DNA of 64,000 nt from an uncultured Candidatus Saccharibacteria bacterium (GCA_964655705.1 CAZZPP010000005.1:10035-74034), one strand, 5' to 3'; shown: positions 39,908 to 49,050, counted from the first letter of the stretch. The notes: generated by a model not told the origin, from the sequence alone. Program-made: numbers and translations.

Positions 39908-40390
39908 ATGAAATTACTAATTAGTTCATGTCTTTTAGGACTTAAAACTAAATACAATGGAGAGAGTAATGAGGATATTCACCTAATTGAATACCTTAAA
40001 GAAAACAATATTGAGTTTTACCCATTATGTGCTGAACAACTTGGAGGTTTAAGTACACCCAGAGAGGCTTGTGAGATTGAGAGTGGTTATACCAGTAATG
40101 ACATTTTAAATGGTAAAGGCAGAGTACTTTCAAAAAATGGTGTTGATTGTACAAAACACTTTATATTAGGTGCTCAGAAGGTATTACAATTTTGTAAACA
40201 ATTTGGTATTACTCATGCTATTGTTCAGCCTAGGAGTCCATCTTGTGGTCTCTCATATATCTATGATGGTAGTTTTAGTGGTAAGTTAATAAAAGGGAAT
40301 GGGGTTATGGTTCAGTTATTAATAAATAATGGAATAGAGGTAGTATCTGATTTAAGAGAATTAAGAAAGAAGGTTGAATTGTTTAAATAG
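39908..40390 (+). CDS. DUF523-family protein (TudS-like 2-thiouracil desulfurase)
   Basis: 160 aa; N-terminal MKLLISSCLLGLKTKYNG hallmark of DUF523; three conserved Cys (SSCLLG, PLCAEQ, PSCGLS) consistent with the 4Fe-4S site. Confidence 0.7.
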   Translation: MKLLISSCLLGLKTKYNGESNEDIHLIEYLKENNIEFYPLCAEQLGGLSTPREACEIESGYTSNDILNGKGRVLSKNGVDCTKHFILGAQKVLQFCKQFGITHAIVQPRSPSCGLSYIYDGSFSGKLIKGNGVMVQLLINNGIEVVSDLRELRKKVELFK

Positions 40391-40439
40391 TATTTGAGTG
40401 TTAATATGTTGTTATTAATTTAACATATTGAATTGATAA

Positions 40440-40826
40440 ATGAAGAATCACTACTATCAGAACGTATCTTTTAGAAAAAGTTTAAGACATGCATTCAATG
40501 GTCTTAAGTCCATATTTAGAGATGAAAGAAATTTTAGAAGGGATTTAGTAATAGCCGTTTTTGTAATTATAGTAGGAATATTACTTAATATTTCCCATTG
40601 GGATTGGATAGCTATTAGTTTAGTTATATCTATGGTGTTTATATCAGAGACTATAAATAGTGTCATAGAGGCAATATGTGATACTGTTTCTAAGGAGTAC
40701 AAGGTAAATATCAAATATGCTAAAGATGTTAGTGCAGGGGCTGTTTTAGTTAGTGCAATAGTGTCAATAATAACGGGTATATTGGTATTTATACCATATA
40801 TATTTGAATTTCTAATGAGGTTATAA
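40440..40826 (+). CDS. dgkA: diacylglycerol/undecaprenol kinase (DgkA family)
   Basis: 128 aa, three TM; N-terminal SLRHAFNGLKSIFRDERNFRRDL matches DgkA amphipathic helix consensus. Confidence 0.75.
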   Translation: MKNHYYQNVSFRKSLRHAFNGLKSIFRDERNFRRDLVIAVFVIIVGILLNISHWDWIAISLVISMVFISETINSVIEAICDTVSKEYKVNIKYAKDVSAGAVLVSAIVSIITGILVFIPYIFEFLMRL

Positions 40827-41017
40827 AAAGCGAAAAAGGAAGCACTTACTAAATAAATAGTTGAAATTGGTTAGATTTCTGCTTCCTAATCCTACTAACT
40901 AACACCATGCCAGTTAGGTATTGAATACTTTATCATTAGCTGTGTAGTATGTCAAGGGAAACAAGGAGGATAATTGCTATAGGCTTATTCCTCGGTATTT
41001 TGATAAAAGTATATATA

Positions 41018-41779
41018 TTATCCAAACATCTCTTTTGTCTTGTTATATCCCATTTCTATGTATTTTTCTTTATTCTCAAATATATCACCAATAGATACAG
41101 AATCAAGATCAAAGAATAGTTTTTTATCTGCTTTTTTCATATCTTCTTTTGCGATATTGTACAGAGTAGCCTTGTATGTTGAGGATTGGACATTAAGAAA
41201 AGATCTCCTGTCGGGATTCTCATTCGGGTATGATTCTAGATTAACCCCTATTATCTTCTGTCCACCTATGCATTTAGCTGCATCAGTTGGTACAGAATCT
41301 GCATAACCTCCATCAATTAGGAATTTGTTTTCATACTCATATGCACCAAAGATATAGCTTACTGAACAACTTGCCCTCAGTGCATGTTTAAGTAGTCCTG
41401 TTCTATGGAATATCTTTTCTCCTGTATTCAGATCGACACTTACCGATACAAATGGTATTTTACAATCAGAAATAGAGGCATCATTTACAAGGGTTTCAAG
41501 AAAGAAAAGAAGTGGGTCTTTGTTATCCTTTAGGGATATTTTATTTACATAACTAGATACAATATTGTTAATCTCTTCTTTGTCTAGATTTAATGCCATT
41601 GCCTCTACCTTGGATATGTCTTTGTAAAGAGCATATAATCCTCCAACAATTGAACCTATACTACTACCTGCAATATGGGTTATCTCAATTCCTAATTCTT
41701 CTAGGGCCTTAATTACACCAATATGTACAAACCCCTTCTGTCCACCAGAGCCTAGTGCTAGTGCGTATTTTTCGGGCAT
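41018..41779 (-). CDS. patatin-like phospholipase
   Basis: 253 aa; oxyanion GSGGQKG, nucleophile elbow AGSSIGS, catalytic Asp DGG. Confidence 0.8.
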   Translation of the reverse strand: MPEKYALALGSGGQKGFVHIGVIKALEELGIEITHIAGSSIGSIVGGLYALYKDISKVEAMALNLDKEEINNIVSSYVNKISLKDNKDPLLFFLETLVNDASISDCKIPFVSVSVDLNTGEKIFHRTGLLKHALRASCSVSYIFGAYEYENKFLIDGGYADSVPTDAAKCIGGQKIIGVNLESYPNENPDRRSFLNVQSSTYKATLYNIAKEDMKKADKKLFFDLDSVSIGDIFENKEKYIEMGYNKTKEMFG

Positions 41780-41829
41780 AGTAAAGTAATCAAAAATTAT
41801 TTCTTTTTAATTATATCACTCTTAATTAA

Positions 41830-43104
41830 TCATAAGTGAACAGTTAATAGCTCATTCCAATTAGTAGTATATCCCTTAGAAATCATAGATTGTTTCATTT
41901 GAAGAGTACTTTCTATACCCATAGAGCCAACCCTTATGGTATCTCTACCCCACTTTTTGTTTAGAGTATCTATGCATTTCATTGCACGATATCTTTTTAA
42001 ATTACTATCAAAGGGAGCATTAAAAAGATTTAGTTGCGTATCCTTAATGGGAGAGATATCAGAAAGTATGACTCCAGTTTTTTTGTATATATATCCTTGC
42101 TTAAATATTTTCTGTAAACCAATTAAAGAATATTTTATTAATGTAGGAGTATCACAAGTCTTGAAGGGGAGTCTAATACAGGTCATATTTGAGTAGAAAG
42201 GAGTCTTAAATGGGTCTGAGAGTATGAAAATAGTTAGAGTACCAACTAAACAGTTTTGTTCTCTTAACTTTTCCCCTGCCCTAGCAACATCTATTGCTAA
42301 GGCTTGTTTAATATCATCTAATGATTTTGTTTTCTTCTCGAATGATTTAGACCTAGTAATACTTTTTTTCAGTAGTGTTTTACTATCTAAAGGAATACAA
42401 TCAATATTATTTAATTCCAATACACTCCTAAGGCCTTGTACTGTCATATGCTTTCTAATACTTTGCCTATTTGCATACTTTAGGTCTTTGGCATTTGAGA
42501 TGTTAATTGAGTGTAACCATTTAGAATACTGTCTACCTACTCCCCAGATATCTTCAATATCTACCATTTCTAAATAGCTGTCGTTATCCTTTACATCTAA
42601 AAGAGAGAGTACACCTCCATATGTAATATCCTTTTTAGCAATCTTTGTTGCTATCTTCGTTAATGTCTTAGTATATGCAATACCTACAGTAGTTGGTATT
42701 CCTACATCTTGTAATATCTTTTCTCTAATCTTCTTCCCATATCTAGCCAATTTAGTATGAGTTAGGTTTAGGGTAACAAATGCTTCATCTATGGAATAGA
42801 CTTCAATATTTGGGGAAAATATTTTTAAGGTGTCTACTACTCTTCTAGAGATATCTGCATACAAAGAGTAGTTTGAAGAAAATACAGATACTCCATTCTT
42901 CTTAATAAACTCCTCTTCTTTAAAATATGGAGTCCCCATCTGTATACCCAAACTCTTTGCTTCATTAGATCTAGATACAATACACCCATCATTATTAGAG
43001 AGTACTACAACAGGTTTACCAATTAAATCTGATCTAAATAGCCTCTCACAAGAGACATAGAAGTTATCACAATCTATTAGGGCATATATGTTCCTCATAT
43101 GCAT
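41830..43104 (-). CDS. umuC: Y-family DNA polymerase (UmuC/DinB)
   Basis: 424 aa; N-terminal IDCDNFYVSCERL and SNNDGCIVSRSNEAK characteristic of UmuC/DinB. Confidence 0.85.
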   Translation of the reverse strand: MHMRNIYALIDCDNFYVSCERLFRSDLIGKPVVVLSNNDGCIVSRSNEAKSLGIQMGTPYFKEEEFIKKNGVSVFSSNYSLYADISRRVVDTLKIFSPNIEVYSIDEAFVTLNLTHTKLARYGKKIREKILQDVGIPTTVGIAYTKTLTKIATKIAKKDITYGGVLSLLDVKDNDSYLEMVDIEDIWGVGRQYSKWLHSINISNAKDLKYANRQSIRKHMTVQGLRSVLELNNIDCIPLDSKTLLKKSITRSKSFEKKTKSLDDIKQALAIDVARAGEKLREQNCLVGTLTIFILSDPFKTPFYSNMTCIRLPFKTCDTPTLIKYSLIGLQKIFKQGYIYKKTGVILSDISPIKDTQLNLFNAPFDSNLKRYRAMKCIDTLNKKWGRDTIRVGSMGIESTLQMKQSMISKGYTTNWNELLTVHL

Positions 43105-43502
43105 TCATGTATTACAAAGGTTACTACACCCCATATTTGGAAATCATTTTTGTTAGTTATCTCAATTGGTTTGTAATTATGATTAGCAGGATACAGATAT
43201 ATCCTGTTCATACTCTTAACAAATCGTTTAACTGTAAATTCATCATCAATGTATGCAACTATTACGGAGTTGTTTTTGGCTAACAAAGACCTATCTACTA
43301 CTAATATATCTCCACTATTAATACCCTTACCCTCCATAGAATCACCCTGAACCCTTACTAGGAATGTTGAGGTAGGATGTTTGACTATTTTCTTAAATAT
43401 ATCTACCCTTTCTTCCATATAGTCTTGAGCGGGGCTAGGAAACCCTGCTTTAACAAAGGATTGTGCTAATGGTAATACATACCTATCTTCGTTTTTTTTC
43501 AT
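43095..43502 (-). CDS. umuD: UmuD-like S24 peptidase (LexA-type self-cleaving domain only)
   Basis: 135 aa; Ser-Lys dyad motifs VQGDSMEG and VKRF; overlaps umuC start. Confidence 0.8.
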   Translation of the reverse strand: MKKNEDRYVLPLAQSFVKAGFPSPAQDYMEERVDIFKKIVKHPTSTFLVRVQGDSMEGKGINSGDILVVDRSLLAKNNSVIVAYIDDEFTVKRFVKSMNRIYLYPANHNYKPIEITNKNDFQIWGVVTFVIHECI

Positions 43503-43510
43503 ATGGCTTG

Positions 43511-43550
43511 AGTATACTAATCATATATACTAGTATACCAATGGTATACT
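43511..43550. promoter_or_regulatory. three copies of palindromic octamer AGTATACT (two with one mismatch) directly upstream of umuD start: candidate operator
   Basis: AGTATACT 43511-43518, AGTATACC 43532-43539, GGTATACT 43543-43550; umuD ATG at 43502. Confidence 0.3.
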
Positions 43551-43655
43551 CCTGGGCAAGTAGATATAGTAATTTGAGAAAGACAGGATATTTGACATAT
43601 TTAAGGAAAAGGTAGAATATAGTTGGTATTAAGATTAAAATTTTTAAATATCCAT

Positions 43656-44894
43656 ATGAGAAAGTCTCTCTTTTTTTCAATAATTCTCTCGGTAATATCA
43701 ATCCTTTTGTTCACTTCTAAAGTAAATGCTCTCAATATGTATTTACAAGATCAGAGTCAACAAAACTTTACTGGAAAAGCCCCTGTATATTCCGAATATC
43801 AAACTAATCAAACTTTTAAGGTTACGAAAAATGTCCTTACTAAGATAGCAATTGGTATGAGGGATAGAAAGGCAGGAGCATCCATATCCTTAATTGTTAA
43901 AGATGAAAATACTGGTCAAACAATTGTTACTAAAGCACAAAGAATGGAGGGGGGAGATGGATGGGAGATATTTGATTTAGTTGATAATGAGGTTGGATAC
44001 AAGGTAGATATCACTCATAGGTTTTCAATGTGGGTAAGCACTTTAATATCTACGGACCCGATTCCTTCTTGGTTGTTTACAACAGATTCTAGTGCCTATT
44101 CCAAGGGATATAGAAGAGGTGGTTTAATTGATTTAGGTGGGGATCATGTATTCCTTACATATGGATATGATTTAGTTGAGGATGACCAACCGGTGATTCC
44201 AGTTATTGAGATTGTGGAAGAGGAAGAGGAAGAGGAAGAGGATGCGACTCCTTCAGATGAAGCCTCTCCTACCGAAGAAGAAACAGATAGTTCTCCTGAG
44301 GTACAACCCCTTGATACAGGAGAAGAGGATATTGTATTAGATATCCAAGATGAAGATGTTGAGGACTCTGTAAAAGTTCCTACAATTGAGATGGTGTTAA
44401 TAAATGATGTTGAGGAAGAATTCAATGAAACAGTAAATCTTTTTGTTGAAGACATTTTAAATATTAGTGGTAATGCCCAAAGTGGTGATACAGTATTAAT
44501 TACCATTGGTGAAAAGATATTTGCCGCTATTGCTGATATTGATGGTAAATGGTCATTAGTCATAGATATATCGGCTCTAGATACAGGTGAGTATTCTGTT
44601 TATGGCCAGGCGAAGGATTCAGATGGGAAAGTGAGTCAAAAGATAGAATTTTTTGATATAAATGTTTCTGATATTGATGATGAGATTGTGGTTACCAATG
44701 GCCTCGAACAAGAAAATACAAAGACTCTTCCGTTCGAGTTATATATTATTTTCGGTGGAATATTTCTTTTAATTGTCTTTTTAGTATTGTATTTTGTTAT
44801 TAGAAAAAGAAAAGGGTTGAAAGAAAAAACATCTGAGATTATTACTTCCGATCCTGATTTAATTAAGGATGAAGCAGAAAAATCAAATAAGTAA
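43656..44894 (+). CDS. secreted protein with signal peptide, poly-Glu/acidic tract and C-terminal TM anchor (ATG at 43656 preferred over upstream TTG)
   Basis: MRKSLFFSIILSVISILLFTSKVNA signal peptide; EEEEEEEED tract encoded by (GAAGAG)4 repeat at 44217-44240; C-terminal helix LYIIFGGIFLLIVFLVLYFVI. Confidence 0.6.
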   Translation: MRKSLFFSIILSVISILLFTSKVNALNMYLQDQSQQNFTGKAPVYSEYQTNQTFKVTKNVLTKIAIGMRDRKAGASISLIVKDENTGQTIVTKAQRMEGGDGWEIFDLVDNEVGYKVDITHRFSMWVSTLISTDPIPSWLFTTDSSAYSKGYRRGGLIDLGGDHVFLTYGYDLVEDDQPVIPVIEIVEEEEEEEEDATPSDEASPTEEETDSSPEVQPLDTGEEDIVLDIQDEDVEDSVKVPTIEMVLINDVEEEFNETVNLFVEDILNISGNAQSGDTVLITIGEKIFAAIADIDGKWSLVIDISALDTGEYSVYGQAKDSDGKVSQKIEFFDINVSDIDDEIVVTNGLEQENTKTLPFELYIIFGGIFLLIVFLVLYFVIRKRKGLKEKTSEIITSDPDLIKDEAEKSNK

Positions 44895-44983
44895 AGGAAC
44901 CACTAGTTGTTGATGAAATTAATTGTATTACTGTTCATACCTATTAATTTTGATATAATATCGATAATTTCAATCTTAAGTAT

Positions 44984-45379
44984 ATGAACTGTGATAATTG
45001 CGGTAAGGAGTTAAAAGAAGGTTCCATATTTTGTTCTAACTGTGGTGAAAGAGTTACTGAGAAAAAGGAGTTTAAATCCTCACCTAAAAAAGATACTACC
45101 TCAAAAAGTACACAATACAGTGATGAGTTTCAGGATATGTTACGCTTAGAACAAGCTAAGCAGTTTGCAAACAAAGAAATTATCAAAGGATTACTGATAT
45201 GTGGTGGTGGTATATTACTTACCCTTATTGGATACTCTAGTGCAGGTTATGGGGAATCATATTTTATATGGTGGGGACTAGTACTTTGGGGTGGATACAT
45301 TTTCGTTAAGGGTTTGTATTGGAGAGTTTTTCCTAACAAGTTATTAGGTATACCTGGGAAGGTACCAAAGAGAGAATAA
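44984..45379 (+). CDS. zinc-ribbon membrane protein (N-terminal CxxC...CxxC, C-terminal 2 TM)
   Basis: MNCDNCGKEL...CSNCGERV then two hydrophobic helices. Confidence 0.55.
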   Translation: MNCDNCGKELKEGSIFCSNCGERVTEKKEFKSSPKKDTTSKSTQYSDEFQDMLRLEQAKQFANKEIIKGLLICGGGILLTLIGYSSAGYGESYFIWWGLVLWGGYIFVKGLYWRVFPNKLLGIPGKVPKRE

Positions 45380-45395
45380 ATAATTTGCGTAATAT

Positions 45396-45947
45396 ATGAT
45401 TATGTATTGTATTAAATGTGGTAACAAGGTAATGCAAGATGACAAATTTTGTAATATATGTGGTGAGAAAATACAGAAAGAAGAGGTGAAGGATATTCCA
45501 CAGAGTATTACTAATCAACCAGTCTTAAAAGAAAAACCAATAAAGAATTCTAATGCTGGGATTTATATTGTAATAAGTATTATTTTCTCAGTAGTGATAA
45601 TTACCTGGGTATATAATAAATTTAATAATTCCAATGATAAAGTTATTAATGATATGGTTACATATTTAAAAACAGAGTGGGATTTACCAACCGAAATAGA
45701 TGAATATACAGTGTTAGTTGATGTTACACCACAAGCAAATGCTATTCGTTACCACTATATTGTATCTGGTCTGGGAGATCTTTCATTAACCAGTAGTGAT
45801 CTAAAATCATTTTTACTTCCTTCTGCATGTAATGATTCAGATATTATGGATCTTTTAAGAGAAGGTATTAATCTCGAGTATTCATATGTTTGTGATGATA
45901 GTTTGAATACATACTTTTTTGTAATATCTGAAGATGATTGTATATAA
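45396..45947 (+). CDS. zinc-ribbon membrane protein paralog
   Basis: MYCIKCGNKV...CNICGEKI then TM helix and extracellular domain. Confidence 0.55.
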   Translation: MIMYCIKCGNKVMQDDKFCNICGEKIQKEEVKDIPQSITNQPVLKEKPIKNSNAGIYIVISIIFSVVIITWVYNKFNNSNDKVINDMVTYLKTEWDLPTEIDEYTVLVDVTPQANAIRYHYIVSGLGDLSLTSSDLKSFLLPSACNDSDIMDLLREGINLEYSYVCDDSLNTYFFVISEDDCI

Positions 45948-45970
45948 TATTGATATATTAATATTTAGTT

Positions 45971-46471
45971 ATGAAAAAGATTAATAACGAGAGTAAAGAG
46001 AGTGCAAGAGATAGTTTAAGTGATAATGTAAAGAATTTTAAAATTTTTTTAATTATTATCTCTATTCTTAATGCAATTACTAACTTATTTTATGCATGGT
46101 TTTCAAATTGGGATATACCAGTATTTATTCTAGTCATATTGTTTTTGTCCCTAGGAGCATTGACATACTGGAAATTCAAAAATGTTGATGTTGATAATTG
46201 CATTGAACTTAAAAACAGTTTTCTTTCAATTGGTCTTTTATCACTCTTTATACTCTCCTACTTACTATTCTATGGACTATTCCCAGGTATTACTATTCTT
46301 CTAACATTCTATTCATTTAAATTAAGAAGATCTGTAATTAGATATGAGAGAGGGTTATTTGGAAAGAAAGAATTTGTAGACAGAGTATTTTCCTTTTTAG
46401 AGGTACTAATTGTATTCATATTTACAATAGGGAGTATACTTACATATATTAGCAGGCAAATACCTGTATAG
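45971..46471 (+). CDS. hypothetical 4-TM membrane protein
   Basis: 166 aa hydrophobic ORF. Confidence 0.5.
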   Translation: MKKINNESKESARDSLSDNVKNFKIFLIIISILNAITNLFYAWFSNWDIPVFILVILFLSLGALTYWKFKNVDVDNCIELKNSFLSIGLLSLFILSYLLFYGLFPGITILLTFYSFKLRRSVIRYERGLFGKKEFVDRVFSFLEVLIVFIFTIGSILTYISRQIPV

Positions 46472-46497
46472 ATTCTTAAATTATTACTATTCATAAC

Positions 46498-47256
46498 ATG
46501 TTAAGCATATTCCTATACATATTTGTATTACAGATAATATTTTTCATTTATGCGGCTCTTAAGAAAACAGATAAGGTAACAGACCTATCATATGGTTTAA
46601 CATTTGTATTAGCATCAATATTTACATATCTAGTAAATATACAATACTCATCAATATTTTGAACAATACTAGTAATATTAATTTCAATATGGGGTATTAG
46701 GTTGTCTGCATATCTCTTTGTTAGAATACTTAAAACTGGTAAAGACAAAAGATTTGATGGAGTAAGAGAAGATTTAAAAAGATTTGGATCATTTTGGTTA
46801 CTTCAAGCAGTTTCAATATTTGTAATATTATTACCTACTACATATATTCTAATTAGTAAGGATATGATGTCTCTTAACTGGATATCTACAATTGGGTTAA
46901 TTATTTCTACTCTTGGAATATTAATTGAGGGTATAGCGGATTGGCAGAAGTATATATTTAAAAGTAATGCGAGTAACAAAGGGAGATGGATAGATACCGG
47001 GTTATGGAAATATTCTAGACATCCTAACTATCTTGGAGAGATTATGATGTGGGTTGGTATATTCATATATTGTCTTGTATATATTAATGGTATTGGATTA
47101 ATTACAATACTTTCTCCCATATATATTACCGTATTACTTTTAGCAGTCAGTGGAATCCCTACACTTGAAAAAGAGTATAACAAAAGGTATAAGGAGAGTA
47201 AGGAGTATCAAGAGTACAAGAGAAAGACGGGTAAACTATTACCTAAAATCTTCTAA
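46498..47256 (+). pseudogene. DUF1295/ICMT-like membrane methyltransferase-family gene interrupted by an in-frame TGA at 46660-46662 (pseudogene, recoding or sequencing error)
   Basis: Own translation from ATG 46498: MLSIFLYIFVLQIIFFIYAALKKTDKVTDLSYGLTFVLASIFTYLVNIQYSSIF-TGA-TILVILISIWGIRLSAYLF... continuous in one frame with the ORF-track product 46702..47256, which contains the family motif RHPNYLGE; upstream segment supplies the expected N-terminal TM helices. Confidence 0.5.
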
Positions 47257-47279
47257 TTTAAATTATTTTAACTAGACAA

Positions 47280-47954
47280 ATGAAATGTCCTAAATGTAAT
47301 TCAGAAAGAATTGAATTTGTTTCAAATGTTACTACTAAGGGTTTTTCTAATGAAAAAGCATTAACAGGTTGTTTCTGTTTTGGTCTTCCAGGTCTTCTTT
47401 TTGGTTTGTGTGACTCAGGTAAACAACAGACAAGAGAGTTTTGGATATGTAATAACTGTGGTACAAAGTTCCAAAAAGCAGATGCTGATGCAAAGGAGAA
47501 AAAGATTCAAAACTGTCAGGCCATTGTTAGTGGTGCGAGTAAAGAAGAATTAAATAATTTACCAAGTCAGTTGTCTAAGGCTAGATCTAATTCAATTAAT
47601 TCTGAAGAGGAGTTTAACAAGGCATTAGAGAGTGAGAAAGGTAGTAATTTAGATATTGTTAAAGCTTTTAAAACCAGAAAGATTCTCTTCATATTAGGAT
47701 TTGTACTAGGAGTTTTAAGTATAGTTGTTGTTGCTACTGGTGGAGGGATATTTGGATTAATATTTCTGGGATTGTTCCTTTGGGATGTCCTTTCTTACAA
47801 AAAAGACAAGGAGAAGATCATATACAAATATGCATCACCTAAATTAAAAGAGCTAGAAATTAAAAAGAAAGAAAGCAAGGAGAAGGTTATTAGGTTAGAG
47901 AGAATTGAGAAAGCACAGAGTGATTTACACCAGATGTTAGGTGATGGAAAATAA
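47280..47954 (+). CDS. zinc-ribbon membrane protein paralog with C-terminal coiled region
   Basis: MKCPKCNSERIEF...CNNCGTKF, 2 TM, KE-rich C-terminus. Confidence 0.55.
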   Translation: MKCPKCNSERIEFVSNVTTKGFSNEKALTGCFCFGLPGLLFGLCDSGKQQTREFWICNNCGTKFQKADADAKEKKIQNCQAIVSGASKEELNNLPSQLSKARSNSINSEEEFNKALESEKGSNLDIVKAFKTRKILFILGFVLGVLSIVVVATGGGIFGLIFLGLFLWDVLSYKKDKEKIIYKYASPKLKELEIKKKESKEKVIRLERIEKAQSDLHQMLGDGK

Positions 47955-48306
47955 TTTAGAGAGGTGGATAAGGGTAATGAGGATTGGACAATTACTGCAT
48001 TGTCATCAGATGCCTGAGCGTAGTTTCTTTTGTAAGGGTTATCAACTCCCAGTGTGTGCAAGATGTTTGGGAGTAATAATTGGACATATTATAGCTATCA
48101 TTCTTATACTGTTTATAGATATACCATTACTGATTGGTATTGGATTTTGTGTGATTATGTTTGTAGATTGGTTACTTCAGTATTTGAATATAATGGAGTC
48201 AACAAATATTAGGAGGTTAATTACAGGGATATTTGGAGGTATGGGGGTAATAATTGTATCAATATGGTTACTTAAATATATCTATGTTTCTCTTACTAGT
48301 ATTTAG
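47941..48306 (+). CDS. DUF2085-family membrane protein
   Basis: 121 aa; HCHQMPERSFF...PVCARCLG motif typical of DUF2085. Confidence 0.6.
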   Translation: MMENNLERWIRVMRIGQLLHCHQMPERSFFCKGYQLPVCARCLGVIIGHIIAIILILFIDIPLLIGIGFCVIMFVDWLLQYLNIMESTNIRRLITGIFGGMGVIIVSIWLLKYIYVSLTSI

Positions 48307-48425
48307 TATTGTTTCTTTACTCTCCATATTTCTACATAACACATCAATATGTAGTAGTACTTTCGTTGTTTGAAAGACAATAGCTAAGAGTAACAAACAA
48401 TAGGGTAAAAGACATATTACTATCT

Positions 48426-48839
48426 CTATTTAGTTAATTCTGTACATTTGAAAGTATTTACTTTCCTACCATTTGAGATACCTTGATCAGAGAAGGAGCA
48501 ATTTGTACCACAGGAATAGTCCCAGTTTCCTTCTGTTAAATCTTTCTTTTCTGATTCATTCTTAGCCCATTCACGGCATTCTTCAAGTGTCTTGAACTGC
48601 CCATCATCGATAATTGAATTTGAACCTACATACCACATAGATCCATACCAGGGATATTTTAAATCGTGTTCCTCATCCTTTTTCATTGCAAGGTTAATTA
48701 AAAATCCTACGAAAATTATGCCTATGAAGTATTTTAAAAAGGTTAAACAGCCAGTTACAACTTTCTTTTTAGTTGAGATCTCTTCTTTTGGTTGATCTGT
48801 ATAGTAGGTATGATTAATCATACTTATTAATGATAGCAT
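48426..48839 (-). CDS. hypothetical membrane-anchored Cys-containing protein (start trimmed to internal Met so it does not overlap tRNA-His)
   Basis: ORF-track 48426..48920 overlaps the tRNA; internal Met at codon 28 gives a non-overlapping start; one TM then Cys-containing domain. Confidence 0.4.
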   Translation of the reverse strand: MLSLISMINHTYYTDQPKEEISTKKKVVTGCLTFLKYFIGIIFVGFLINLAMKKDEEHDLKYPWYGSMWYVGSNSIIDDGQFKTLEECREWAKNESEKKDLTEGNWDYSCGTNCSFSDQGISNGRKVNTFKCTELTK

Positions 48840-48875
48840 AGATGAAAAAATCTTTAAATATGAATCATTGGGATC

Positions 48876-48953
48876 TGGGGTGGAAGATGGGACTTGAACC
48901 CACAACCCTCGGTTCCACAAACCGATGCTCTAACCAATTGAGCTACTCCCACC
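48876..48953 (-). tRNA. tRNA-His (anticodon GTG) with encoded G-1 and encoded CCA
   Basis: Acceptor GTGGGAG/CTTCCAC, extra 5' G opposite discriminator C, anticodon stem TCGGT/ACCGA with loop TTGTGGA, T-arm GTGGGTTCAAGTCCCAT, 3' CCCA. Confidence 0.85.
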
Positions 48954-49050
48954 ATATACAATAGATTATACCAAACAACCTTACTATAAAGAATAGATAT
49001 TAAATAATATATGAGGTATATATCTAAATATTTTAAGTTTCAATATTAAC

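Noticed and set aside
43483-43701. 72-aa minus-strand ORF spanning the umuD start and the divergent promoter
   Set aside because: It overlaps the umuD N-terminus and the promoter/operator region, and it has a hydrophobic low-complexity sequence. It is likely spurious.
46660-46662. Possibility that the genome uses an alternative genetic code (UGA=Gly code 25 or UGA=Trp code 4) because of the in-frame TGA in the DUF1295 gene
   Set aside because: Dozens of long ORFs (up to 643 aa) are intact under the standard code, and no other gene in the window is split at TGA. Genome-wide reassignment is therefore not supported. The event is treated as gene-specific.
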